The notes under the pieces were generated by a model. It worked only from the letters and a program-made list of their open reading frames with translations. It searched no databases and was not told the origin of the DNA. A DNA stretch of 64,000 nt. Origin: Vicinamibacterales bacterium. GTDB taxonomy: Bacteria; Acidobacteriota; Vicinamibacteria; Vicinamibacterales; UBA8438. The stretch covers positions 467,809 to 531,808 of the forward strand of contig OZ253457.1 in assembly GCA_965261285.1 (NCBI GenBank), read 5' to 3'. The position numbers were made by a program, and so were the translations under genes. Shown piece by piece: positions 37,663 through 47,078 of the stretch (the first letter of the stretch is position 1; every line of letters starts with the position of its first letter).

Positions 37663-39777
37663 TCAACGCCCCGCCAGCTCGGCGAGGGCGGCGTCGAGCC
37701 TGGCCTGCAGGTCCGGATGGTCCGGCGCCACCCGCAGTGCTTCCCGGAACTGCGCCACCGCCTGGTCCAGGCGCCCCTGCAGTTGGAGGGCGGTGCCCAG
37801 ATTGGCGTGGGCGTCGATGTGGCCGGGTTCGAGGTCGACGGCGCGGCGGAACTCGACCGTCGCCTCGTCGAGCCGGCCCTGCGACCCGAGCGCGATGCCC
37901 AGGCGGTTGTGCAGCTCGGCGGAGACGACGCCGAGGTCGATGGCGCGGTGAAGCTGCACGATGGCGTCGTCGAGCTCGCCGCCGTCGTGCAGGGCGATGC
38001 CCAGGGCCGCGTGGGCCTCGGCCGAGCCCGGGTCGATGTCGAGGGCCCGCCTCAGGCTCGCGACGCCCTCGCCGGCGCGGCCGAGCGAGAGCAGGGCGTT
38101 GCCCAGGTTCGAGTGCGCGTCGGCGTCCCCGGGCGCCAGGGCCAGCGCCCGCTCGTAGTGGCCGACGGCCTCGTCGAGCCGCCCCTGGGCGGCGAGGGCG
38201 GTGCCGAGGTTGCTGTGGGCGAGGGCGTCGTCGGGGGTCAGCGCCAGCACCTGCCGGTACTGCTCGACGGCCTCGTCGAGCCGGCCCTCGGCCTGCAGCT
38301 CGGTCCCCACGTTGAGGGCGGTGATGGCCCGCATGTCGCTCATCGAGAGCACCGGCCAGTTGCAGACGACGAGCAGGCCGGCCGCCGCCGCGCCGGCCCA
38401 GGCCGTCTGCCGGGTCCATCCCGTCCGCTTCCGCCGCTTCGCCATCTCCCAGACCGCCGCCGCCCCCGCCGCCGCGAAGAGCATGAGCAGGGGGGCCAGG
38501 GGGTGGCGGTAGCGCCCCATCACCGCGAACAGCACCACGCTCGCCGCGTAGGCGGCGAGCATCAGGTGGAACGGCCGCAGCTCCCGGCGCCGGCCCCACG
38601 TCAGGCAGATGCCCGCCACCCCGAGCGGCGCGAGCAGGCCGAAGTGCCACACATGGCCGGCGAGGCGGAGCGGCAGCGACCAGTCGGCGTGGCTGAGCTG
38701 GTCCTCGGTGTCGGCCACCTCCGACCCGTTCAGGGTCAGCATCACCTTGCGCCCGGTCAGCCGCAGCCAGTCCCCCGGCTGGGTCCGCATGTACTCCAGC
38801 GCCCGGCCCGTCCAGTAGCTCGACACCTGCCCGGGGGTCAGCGGCGCCCCGACCTCGCGCTCCGCGATCTGCGTCGCGTCGCGTCGCTCGAACCGGGGGT
38901 CGCCGCGCCCCGGCACGAGGGGGCGGTAGGTGCCGTCGGCGCCGGGGTTGTTGCCGATGTAGAAGTTGGGTCCGAACTGGGCCGTCGTCAGCAGGAACTC
39001 GCCCCCGACCGCCTGGTTCCGCGCCGCCACCGGCAGGAGCACGAGGGCCAGCCCGAGGGTCAGGGCCCCCGCCCGCGCCAGGTGCCGCCGCCCCGTGTCG
39101 CGCGACACGACGAGCCAGCCCAGCAGCACCGCGGCGAAGACGAGGGCGTTCTCGCGCGTCAGCACGAGGGCGCCGAGCACCACGCCGGGCCACAGCCACG
39201 CCCGGGGCCGGCCCGGCTCGGTGACGAGCCGGGCGAGCAGGGCGAGAAGGAGGCACAGCAGGAACAGGCCCAGCGCGGTCTTCTGGATCAGGCCGTCGAA
39301 GAAGATGGCGGGGGCGTAGACCGCGAGCATGAGGCCGGCGGCGATGCCCGCCTCCTTCGAGAAGAGCCGCCGGCCGGCCATCGCGAGCAGGGCGCAGGCG
39401 GCCGAGCCCAGCACGATCTGACACAGGCGCACCGCGAGCAGGCTCGGGCCGAAGAGCGTGTAGACGAGCCCGAGGAAGTACGGATACGCCGGCGCCTGGT
39501 AGAAGGTCTCGCCGCCCAGCCAGTCCCCGCCCGCGATCTCCAGTCCCCACGCGTGGTAGCTCTGCGCATCGCCCATCGCGAGGTCGAAGAACGGGGCCGA
39601 GCGGAGCTGCCAGACGTGGACGAGCCGGACCGCGAGGGCGAGGCCGAAGATGACGAGCGCCGCCCGGCCGAATCCAGCCTCGGCCGCCCGAGCACCGGTT
39701 GGACGGGTCGGCGACGTCGGAGCCGACCGGCGTGGAGGCGCGGGCGCAGGGCGGCGTCGTCGGCGGCGTGAGGACAT
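37663..39777 (-). CDS. GT39/PMT_2-like (ArnT-type) membrane glycosyltransferase fused to C-terminal TPR repeats
   Basis: Track ORF of 704 aa. The N-terminal roughly 470 aa are polytopic, with FFDLAMGDAQSYHAWG in the first loop. The C-terminal roughly 230 aa consist of tandem 34-aa TPR units (AHSNLGTALAAQGRLDEAVGHYERAL and similar). Confidence 0.75.
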   Translation of the reverse strand: MSSRRRRRRPAPAPPRRSAPTSPTRPTGARAAEAGFGRAALVIFGLALAVRLVHVWQLRSAPFFDLAMGDAQSYHAWGLEIAGGDWLGGETFYQAPAYPYFLGLVYTLFGPSLLAVRLCQIVLGSAACALLAMAGRRLFSKEAGIAAGLMLAVYAPAIFFDGLIQKTALGLFLLCLLLALLARLVTEPGRPRAWLWPGVVLGALVLTRENALVFAAVLLGWLVVSRDTGRRHLARAGALTLGLALVLLPVAARNQAVGGEFLLTTAQFGPNFYIGNNPGADGTYRPLVPGRGDPRFERRDATQIAEREVGAPLTPGQVSSYWTGRALEYMRTQPGDWLRLTGRKVMLTLNGSEVADTEDQLSHADWSLPLRLAGHVWHFGLLAPLGVAGICLTWGRRRELRPFHLMLAAYAASVVLFAVMGRYRHPLAPLLMLFAAAGAAAVWEMAKRRKRTGWTRQTAWAGAAAAGLLVVCNWPVLSMSDMRAITALNVGTELQAEGRLDEAVEQYRQVLALTPDDALAHSNLGTALAAQGRLDEAVGHYERALALAPGDADAHSNLGNALLSLGRAGEGVASLRRALDIDPGSAEAHAALGIALHDGGELDDAIVQLHRAIDLGVVSAELHNRLGIALGSQGRLDEATVEFRRAVDLEPGHIDAHANLGTALQLQGRLDQAVAQFREALRVAPDHPDLQARLDAALAELAGR

Positions 39778-39950
39778 GCTGAATCAGTCGGCCGGCCCGG
39801 AACGTCGCGGCCGGACCGCCTCTCGCCGCCCGGCCGGCGCCCGATGCGGCAAGGTCGCGTCGGTCCCCTCGACCGGCCCCGGCAGCCCCGGCAGCCCCGG
39901 CAGGCCTCCGGCCGCTCGGCGTTTCGGGGGCACGGCCGGGGTCGTCGCGG

Positions 39951-42107
39951 TCACCGTCCCTGCCGCGCGGGCCGCTGCGCGAGCGCGCGGCGGTACCCTT
40001 CGAGCCGCTCGCGGATGATCGCGGCCATGTCGTCGCGGTCGGCCGGGACGAGGCCGAGGGCCCTCTCCGCGGTGGCGACGGCGCGGTCGAGCCGGCCGGC
40101 CGCGGCGTAGGCGGCGGCGAGCACGTCGAGCACGGCCGGCTGCGCCTGACCTGTCAGGGCCGCCGCCCGCTCCGCGAGCGCGACGGCGCGGACGGGGTCG
40201 CGCCGCGCCGGTTCCGGGTGGGCCGCGAGCAGCCACGCCAGCTCCGCCGCCGGCTCGGGCGCGTCCGGCGCGGCCTCGACCGCCCGGCGGTACAGGGTGA
40301 CCGCCTCGTCCAGGGCCCCCTGCATCATCAGCGCGTTGGCCAGGTTGTAGAGCGCCTCCCCGTCGTCGGGGCGGATCGCGAGCGACCGCCGGAAGTGCCG
40401 CACCGCGTCGTCCAGCCGGCCCTGCAGCCGGCGGACGGCGCCGAGGTTGTTGTGGGCGAGGGCGTAGTCGGGGTCGAGCCGCAGCGCCCGCTCGAGATGG
40501 ACGGCCGCCTCGTCGAGCCCGCCCGCCTGCAGGAGCGTCGTGCCCAGGTTGTAGGCGGCGGCCGGCGACCCGGGCCGCAGCCGTGCCGATTCCCGGTAGT
40601 GGGCCACCGCCTCCGGCACCCTCCCGAACTGCAGATAGAGGGAGGCGACATCGTCGTGCATCATCACCTGGTCGGGGTCGGCGGCCAGCTCCATCTCGAA
40701 CCCCACGATGTCCTCGGCGAGCTCCGTCGGCCGCCGGTCGCGGGTCAGCGGCCCCAGATCGGCGGGGCGCACCGGCACCACCTGGATCCACAGGTCGCCC
40801 ATCTCGTTCGACGAGTCCTGGCCCCACGTCACCCGGCGGGGCGGCGAGAACCGGTTGTCGGGGTTGCGGTCGGAGTTGTCGTAGGTGAACTCCATCGCCA
40901 GCTCGGTGCCCCGGGGCAGGACGAACGGCGTCTCGTAGCGGTAGAAGTCCTGCCAGTGGAAGTCCCAGTCGTCGATGCGGATGAGGGGCCGGCGGGTCCC
41001 GTCGGGGAGGGTGGCCCAGCCCTGCACCTCGTCGGCCAGGTAATGGGCGTGCGGCTGCACGCCGTGCACCTCGACGTCGACCGGCAGCACGTAGCGGTCC
41101 ACGCTGCGGTAGTCGGCCGCTCCGGGCGGAATGTCGAGGTCCTGCTTGCCGAGGCGGATCGTGAACGGGATCTTCGTCGGGGCCTCGTCGGTGAAGAAGA
41201 AGCCGACGCGCGGCCGCACCGGCTGCGGCTCGTCGGTCGGCGTGAGGTGGAGCTCGAGCAGCAGGTCCGCGCCGGGGTCGAGGCGCCACGCCATGCCCTC
41301 GGCCTCCAGGGGGCGCGCCTGCCCCGGCGTCCAACCGAGGAAGTAGCCGAACGGGAACCGGGCGTCGAACGGGGTGACCCCCTCGTAGCCGGGCTCGGGG
41401 TCCTCGGCGTCGAGCCGCCGGGACGCTGGCGTCCGGTCGATCTTGAGGTTGGCGTGGTGGACGACCCGCGGGTTCCCGGGCTGGAACTCGACGCCCTTCA
41501 CGTACCGGGTCTCCCGCACCGGGATGGGGACGGCGAACTTGCGGAGGATGTCGTCGCCCTCGCCGCCGGCGCGGAGCAGGTAGGGCTCGGGCAGCTCGAC
41601 GACGAGGTCCGGGGTCCCGAGCCGCCAGCCCCCGGCCCGGGCCTCTCCCGTCGACGGCAGCTCCGCCGGGTCGCCCTCCGGCGCGCCGGCGTCCACCCAG
41701 GCCGCGATGAGGTCGATCTCGGCGTCGCTCAGCCGCCGCTCGGCCACGAACGGGCCGCCGTGGCCCGGCCTGGGCTTCCACGGCGGCATCGATCGGGTCA
41801 GGGCCGACTGACGGATCGCCCGCGCCCACGGCCGGACGTCGCGGTAGGTCAGCACGCTGAACGGGGCGATGCCGCCGGGCTGGTGGCAGGCGGCGCAGTG
41901 CGTCACGAGCAGGGGGGCGATGTCTCTCGCGAACGTGGCCGCCCCGGGGGCGGGCCGGCTCTGGGCCCGCGCGCCGGCCTCGAGCGGTGCCGGACCGGGG
42001 GCGCTCTCCGCGCCGGCGGCCGACCCGAGCCACGCGACGAGGGCGGCGCCGGCCAGACGGGGCCACGCGCGGTTGCGGAGCCGAGCGGTGCGCAGCCAGT
42101 CGGGCAT
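39951..42107 (-). CDS. cytochrome c + copper type-II monooxygenase-like (PHM/DBH fold) + TPR fusion protein
   Basis: This is the in-frame part of track ORF 39951..42455, starting from MPDWLRTARL at 42107. It has a CAACH haem motif. The HHANL, LELHL, PHAHYLA and NEMGDLW spacing resembles the CuH (HH..H) and CuM (HxH..M) ligand sets. The C-terminus holds about 6 TPR units. Confidence 0.7.
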   Translation of the reverse strand: MPDWLRTARLRNRAWPRLAGAALVAWLGSAAGAESAPGPAPLEAGARAQSRPAPGAATFARDIAPLLVTHCAACHQPGGIAPFSVLTYRDVRPWARAIRQSALTRSMPPWKPRPGHGGPFVAERRLSDAEIDLIAAWVDAGAPEGDPAELPSTGEARAGGWRLGTPDLVVELPEPYLLRAGGEGDDILRKFAVPIPVRETRYVKGVEFQPGNPRVVHHANLKIDRTPASRRLDAEDPEPGYEGVTPFDARFPFGYFLGWTPGQARPLEAEGMAWRLDPGADLLLELHLTPTDEPQPVRPRVGFFFTDEAPTKIPFTIRLGKQDLDIPPGAADYRSVDRYVLPVDVEVHGVQPHAHYLADEVQGWATLPDGTRRPLIRIDDWDFHWQDFYRYETPFVLPRGTELAMEFTYDNSDRNPDNRFSPPRRVTWGQDSSNEMGDLWIQVVPVRPADLGPLTRDRRPTELAEDIVGFEMELAADPDQVMMHDDVASLYLQFGRVPEAVAHYRESARLRPGSPAAAYNLGTTLLQAGGLDEAAVHLERALRLDPDYALAHNNLGAVRRLQGRLDDAVRHFRRSLAIRPDDGEALYNLANALMMQGALDEAVTLYRRAVEAAPDAPEPAAELAWLLAAHPEPARRDPVRAVALAERAAALTGQAQPAVLDVLAAAYAAAGRLDRAVATAERALGLVPADRDDMAAIIRERLEGYRRALAQRPARQGR

Positions 42108-42643
42108 GCCAGCGCCCAGTGTAGCAGACCCGCCGGGGCCCCTCCGGCCCGCTCCCGGCCCGCGGAGGCGGGTCGGGAAACGGAACCGTCGAGATTCTTG
42201 TTGACCCCCGGGCGACAAACGGGTACGGTGCACGGTTAATTGCGCGTTAAGTGGAACTTTTTCGCCCGCCGGAACTGGAACTTCCGGTTTATCGGAGCGC
42301 TCTCCCCCGCCTCCGGCGGCGGTGAGTGGTCTATACTTCCGACGGCATGATGGCGAACTGCATGGCACTCTTCGGTCGTCGGCGCGGGCGGCCCACCAAA
42401 TCGTTGGATGGTTCTCCAATGTTTTGGATTGGCGAACGGCCTCGATGCCCGGCAAGCGTGCGTGTACCTACGTGAATCGCGAGGCTCGGGTTCCGGCATG
42501 CGAACGGCACGGTGCTTGCTTGTAGAGGGGGCGGCACCGGCTCCCATGCGTCCCGGGCAGCGCTCGGCGGCGTCGGGGAGTTCCAGTCGGGCGGCAGACT
42601 GGGTGCGAACGGTGGATACGGCTCTCGGAGGAGGTTCTGGATA

Positions 42644-43390
42644 ATGCGTAAGCATCTTGTGTTCGGTTGTGTGCTCGCGGCGGTGGTGGTGGCGCTCGGC
42701 TCGCCCCAGCCGGCGTCGGCGCAGGTGGGCGGCGACTTGGCGGTCGGGTACTCGTTCCTGACCAACGACCAGTTGGCCGCGAACGCGTCCAACCTGCCCA
42801 TGGGCTTCTTCTTCGACACGTCGTACCAGGTGAACGAGGGCCTCTCGCTCGCCTTCGACGTGAACGGGCACTACCGGCGGGGCATCGACGCGCACCCCAT
42901 GTACTCCGGCGGTCCGAACGACATGCCGGTACGGCCCAACCCGAACCAGGACTTCCAGGCCCTCTCGTTCAACCGGCCCGAGCAGGAGTACTGCTCGCCG
43001 TTGCACGTCGGCGAGTACTCGAACCTGTGCCAGGTGCACATCCAGACCGCCAGCGTCGTCGGCGGCCCGCGTTTCCACATGCAGGCGGGCGGCGTCCGGC
43101 CGTACTTCCACGCGCTGTTCGGGGTCGCGCGGTCGCTGCGCAAGATCGGCTTCTTCGCGCACACCGCGACCCACTGGGCGATTCAGCCCGGCGGCGGGGT
43201 CGACATCGACATGACGCCGAACACGGCGTTCCGCATCCAGGCGGACTACCGCCTGACGATGTTCCCCAACGAGGACGCGCAGACCGACCTGAGCGGGACG
43301 TCGTCGTTGGTGAACCCGGGCGGCGAGGACTTCAAGGAGCTCTCGTTCTCGCTCGGCTTCGTCGTGAGGCTCGGCGACCGGCGCAACTGA
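42644..43390 (+). CDS. outer-membrane beta-barrel protein (OMP_b-brl-like), copy 1
   Basis: This is the in-frame part of track ORF 42512..43390, starting from MRKHLVFGCVLAAVVVALGSPQPASA (signal), with a ggaggagg RBS. It shows an alternating beta-strand pattern and a terminal ..FSLGFVVRLG segment. Confidence 0.8.
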   Translation: MRKHLVFGCVLAAVVVALGSPQPASAQVGGDLAVGYSFLTNDQLAANASNLPMGFFFDTSYQVNEGLSLAFDVNGHYRRGIDAHPMYSGGPNDMPVRPNPNQDFQALSFNRPEQEYCSPLHVGEYSNLCQVHIQTASVVGGPRFHMQAGGVRPYFHALFGVARSLRKIGFFAHTATHWAIQPGGGVDIDMTPNTAFRIQADYRLTMFPNEDAQTDLSGTSSLVNPGGEDFKELSFSLGFVVRLGDRRN

Positions 43391-43458
43391 AGGCCGGGCC
43401 ACGTTGAAATGAGGAGAGAGATGTTTCACCCGTTGGCTCTGATGGAGGAGGTGCGCGT

Positions 43459-46400
43459 ATGAGGTTCGGTAGGTTCCTTGCGGTCGTGGCAGCGGTGTTG
43501 CTGCTCGCGCCCGCTGCGGCCGTGGCGCAGAGCTCTATTGCGGGCACGGTCACGGATGACACCGGGGGCGTGCTCCCCGGTGTGACCGTCGAGGCGTCGA
43601 GCGACGTTCTCATCGAGGGTTCCCGCGTCGTTTTCACCGACGGCACCGGCGCGTACAACATCATCGACCTGCGGCCGGGCGAGTACACCGTCGTCTTCAC
43701 CCTGCCCGGGTTCGGCACGCTCGTGCGTGACCAGCTCATCCTCGGCGCCGACGTGACCCTGCCCATCGACGTGCAGATGTCGGTCGGCTCGGTCGAGGAG
43801 ACGATCACGGTTTCCGGCGAGACCCCGGTGGTCGACGTGCAGCAGGTGCAGCGCATCGAGGTCATGACCCGCGAGACGCAGGAGGCGATTCCGACCGGCC
43901 GCAGCATGTGGTCGTACGCGCTCCTGATCCCGGGCGTGAAGGTCCACAAGCCGGACGTGGGCGGTACCGCCGGGGTGCAGCAGTCCGAGATGATGGGCCG
44001 CGGCCTCGACGCCGCCCACACGACCATCGAGGTCGACGGGATGATGATCAACACGATGATCAGCGACGGCCGGTACCAGGCCTACCTGAACCCGATGCTG
44101 GCGGCGGAGACGTCGTACACGACGTCGGGCCAGGGGGCGGAGACCCAGAACGGCGGGCTGCGCATCAACATGATCCCGAACGAGGGCGGCAACCAGTTCA
44201 GCGGGAACTGGTTCACGGGCTTCACGCCGGGCAACTGGCAGTCGAAGAGCCTGCCGCAGGCGGCGCAGGCCCAGGGCCTCGCGCAGCCGACCGGCGTCGC
44301 CCTCATCTACGACAACAACGGGGCCATCGGCGGCCCGGTGTTCCGCGACCGGTTGTGGTTCTTCTCGACGGGCCGCTGGAACGGGGTGAACAACGAGATC
44401 ACCAACAGCGTGAACCCCGACGGTACCCAAGGCCTCGACAACAACACGATCCACAGCGCGAACGTGCGGCTGACGTGGCAGATGACGCAGCAGCACAAGA
44501 TCTCGGCGATGTTCGACAAGGTGCGGAAGCGCCGGTTCAGCCAGCACAACCCGGGCGAGGACCTGTACACGGCGGCGTCGTCGTGGACGTCCCCGCACTA
44601 CGACACGGGGACGGCGAAGTGGACGGGGACGCTGTCGAACCGGATGCTGGCCGAGTTCGGGTTCTCGCTGATCTACGAGGACTGGGATCCCGGCTACTAC
44701 CGGTACCGTGACGACGGCAACCTCATCGTCCAGCCGAAGCCCGACTCGCTGGCGACCTGCTACTCGACGCCGTGCTTCCCCGAGGTCGGCTCGGCCGCGC
44801 ACATGGCGCAGATGCCGGCGGGGATGGGCGGCGACCCCTGGTACACCCAGACGCCCAGCATCGACGGCCGGCTGGGGCTGGAGTACGGCGCCAGGCAGTG
44901 GGGCGAGAACAACAACTACACGCACCGCTGGGCCTACCAGAGCGCGCTGTCGTACGTCACCGGTTCGCACAGCTTCAAGTTCGGGATGAACTTCTCGAAC
45001 GGCCACAATCGGCACACCAACAGCAGCAACGGCAACGTGCAGTTGTTGTACGACGACGGCGCCCATCCCATGGGGAACCTCATCCAGAACTCGCCGCTCG
45101 TCCACGGGATGCCCTGGTTCAGTTGCGACCATCCGCAGGCGACGGCGAACAAGGATGCCGGCACCACGCAGGGGAACTGCGGGCTGCTCGGCACGCCCGA
45201 CAGCGTCAACGTCCTCTCGGACCCGTCGTTCCTGTCCTACAAGCTGGACTACAACGGCGGCATCTACGCGCAGGACTCGTGGACCATCGACCGGCTGACC
45301 CTGAACTACGGGATGCGGGTCGACTTCGCAGCGGTCTCGATTCCCGAGGTGCCGAAGGGCCCGGGCCGGTTCGTTCCCGCCTACATGCAGCCGGGGCGGC
45401 CGCAGAGCGAGCTGCCCAGCTTCGGCCCCGACTTCTCGCCGCGTCTGAGCGTGGCCTACGACGTGTTCGGCGACGCCCGGACGGCGCTGAAGTTCGGCTG
45501 GAACAAGTACGTGCGCGATGTCGGCGGCACCCTCGCCGCCCGCTACGCCTATGGGTTCCTGCGCTCCGACAACCGTGACTGGTACGACTGCCAGATGAAC
45601 GCGGCGGGAGACGCCTGCGCCATGGACGCCATGGGCAATATGCTCAACGCCTACGGGACCAACTGGGACGGCGTGGCCCAGAACTGGGAGATCGGGGCCA
45701 TCTCGAACACGAGCTTCGGCTCGAGCTCGAGTCCGACCCGGCTGCCCGACATCAGCGCGCGTGAGTACAACCGCATCTGGACTGCCGGCATCCAGCAGGA
45801 GGTCTTCCCGGGCATCTCGCTGAGCGGCGAGTATCGTCAGCGGACATACCACAACACGTGGTGGGACGACAACCCGAACTGGAACTTCTCGGACTTCGGG
45901 GTGATGCCGGACGGCACGCCCGACCCGGCGTACGCGCTAGGCAACACCATGGGCAACCCGGTGCGGCACTTCCAGGTGGCGCGGCCGTACCCGATGGTCG
46001 GTCACTTCACGGCGTTCAGCATCGACCCGGCGGTGCGGACCAACCAGGAGGGCTTCACCGACCGCACGCGGGGTCCCGGCTACACCAACGTCTACCGGGG
46101 CTTCGAGCTGAGCATCCAGGGGCGGCTGCCCGGCGGCGGCACCCTGTTCGGCGGCTGGTCGATGGAGGACACGGGCCGGACGTCGATCTACGGCTACGAC
46201 CAGAACAGCGGCGCGGGCAGCCGGTACGGCGGTGAGGTGAACGCCTGCTCCGACATCCTCGAGCGGGGCGACGAGCCGCACCAGTTGCGGTTCTGCGATG
46301 CGGGCGCGTATCCGCGGCCGTACCGGAACGAGTTCAAGCTGTCGGGCACGCAGCCGTTCTCGCTCCCGGGCATCGGCGACCTGCAGGCGGGCTTCTCGCT

Positions 46401-46881
46401 GCAGGCGTATCCGGGCGGTCTGGGCACTTGGGGCGGCCTGCAGGAGGGCCTGTACGTCCACCGCACGTCGACCAACGACCTGTACCGGACCTACTCGCCC
46501 GAGCTCTACGGTCAGCCCGGCCACTGCATGGCGCCGTGCGTGCTCGGTCAGAACATCATGCCCGACGGTCTCGGCATCATCGAGCGGAGCACCGGCGGCG
46601 AGTGGTACCCGATGGTGCCGCTGAGCAGCGTGAAGTTCGAGCCGTACTGGACGCAGCTCGACGTGAACCTCCAGAAGGTGTTCAACATCGGGAGCTGGCG
46701 GTACGACACGCGGTTCTCGTTCTACAACGTCCTCAACAACTCGGTCGTTCTCGACCAGGGAGGGTCGCGTAACGCGAGAGGCAGCACGGGGGCGACCTAC
46801 CAGGCGCTGAGCTCCTGGGAGCGCGGCAACCGGATGCTCGAAGGCCGCGTCGTCCAGTTCGCGGTCACCGCCCGCTTCTAG
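43459..46881 (+). CDS. TonB-dependent receptor with N-terminal carboxypeptidase-regulatory-like domain, copy 1
   Basis: Track ORF of 1140 aa with a signal peptide. It contains SSIAGTVTDDTGGVLPGVTVEASS...YNIIDLRPGEYTVVFTLPGFG (CarboxypepD_reg), a plug-like region and a terminal aromatic residue (..FAVTARF). Confidence 0.9.
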   Translation: MRFGRFLAVVAAVLLLAPAAAVAQSSIAGTVTDDTGGVLPGVTVEASSDVLIEGSRVVFTDGTGAYNIIDLRPGEYTVVFTLPGFGTLVRDQLILGADVTLPIDVQMSVGSVEETITVSGETPVVDVQQVQRIEVMTRETQEAIPTGRSMWSYALLIPGVKVHKPDVGGTAGVQQSEMMGRGLDAAHTTIEVDGMMINTMISDGRYQAYLNPMLAAETSYTTSGQGAETQNGGLRINMIPNEGGNQFSGNWFTGFTPGNWQSKSLPQAAQAQGLAQPTGVALIYDNNGAIGGPVFRDRLWFFSTGRWNGVNNEITNSVNPDGTQGLDNNTIHSANVRLTWQMTQQHKISAMFDKVRKRRFSQHNPGEDLYTAASSWTSPHYDTGTAKWTGTLSNRMLAEFGFSLIYEDWDPGYYRYRDDGNLIVQPKPDSLATCYSTPCFPEVGSAAHMAQMPAGMGGDPWYTQTPSIDGRLGLEYGARQWGENNNYTHRWAYQSALSYVTGSHSFKFGMNFSNGHNRHTNSSNGNVQLLYDDGAHPMGNLIQNSPLVHGMPWFSCDHPQATANKDAGTTQGNCGLLGTPDSVNVLSDPSFLSYKLDYNGGIYAQDSWTIDRLTLNYGMRVDFAAVSIPEVPKGPGRFVPAYMQPGRPQSELPSFGPDFSPRLSVAYDVFGDARTALKFGWNKYVRDVGGTLAARYAYGFLRSDNRDWYDCQMNAAGDACAMDAMGNMLNAYGTNWDGVAQNWEIGAISNTSFGSSSSPTRLPDISAREYNRIWTAGIQQEVFPGISLSGEYRQRTYHNTWWDDNPNWNFSDFGVMPDGTPDPAYALGNTMGNPVRHFQVARPYPMVGHFTAFSIDPAVRTNQEGFTDRTRGPGYTNVYRGFELSIQGRLPGGGTLFGGWSMEDTGRTSIYGYDQNSGAGSRYGGEVNACSDILERGDEPHQLRFCDAGAYPRPYRNEFKLSGTQPFSLPGIGDLQAGFSLQAYPGGLGTWGGLQEGLYVHRTSTNDLYRTYSPELYGQPGHCMAPCVLGQNIMPDGLGIIERSTGGEWYPMVPLSSVKFEPYWTQLDVNLQKVFNIGSWRYDTRFSFYNVLNNSVVLDQGGSRNARGSTGATYQALSSWERGNRMLEGRVVQFAVTARF

Positions 46882-46903
46882 CGCGCGGGCGAGTTCCACC
46901 TTC

Positions 46904-46931
46904 GGAGCCGGGAGACTCGTCTCCCGGCTCC
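46904..46931 (+). terminator. intrinsic-terminator-like hairpin after TBDR copy 1
   Basis: ggagccgggaga ctcg tctcccggctcc (12-bp stem), followed by the T-rich gtttctcgtttg. Confidence 0.6.
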
Positions 46932-46959
46932 GTTTCTCGTTTGCGTTCGTCTGCTCCTC

Positions 46960-47034
46960 GGCTTCTTTTTCGACACGTCGTCGTCGTTCTCGCTCGGCGT
47001 CGTCGTCGTGAGGCTCGGCGGCCGGTGTAACTGA
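46960..47034 (+). pseudogene. 75-nt relic of the OMP beta-barrel gene (internal deletion)
   Basis: ggcttctttttcgacacgtcgt matches OMP1 ggcttcttcttcgacacgtcgt. It is joined directly to cgttctcgctcggcgtcgtcgtcgtgaggctcggcggccggtgtaactga, which matches the last roughly 50 nt of OMP1, including the stop. Confidence 0.8.
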
Positions 47035-47078
47035 TGGCCGGTTGACCACTGGTGGTCTCTGATCGAGGAGGTGCACGC

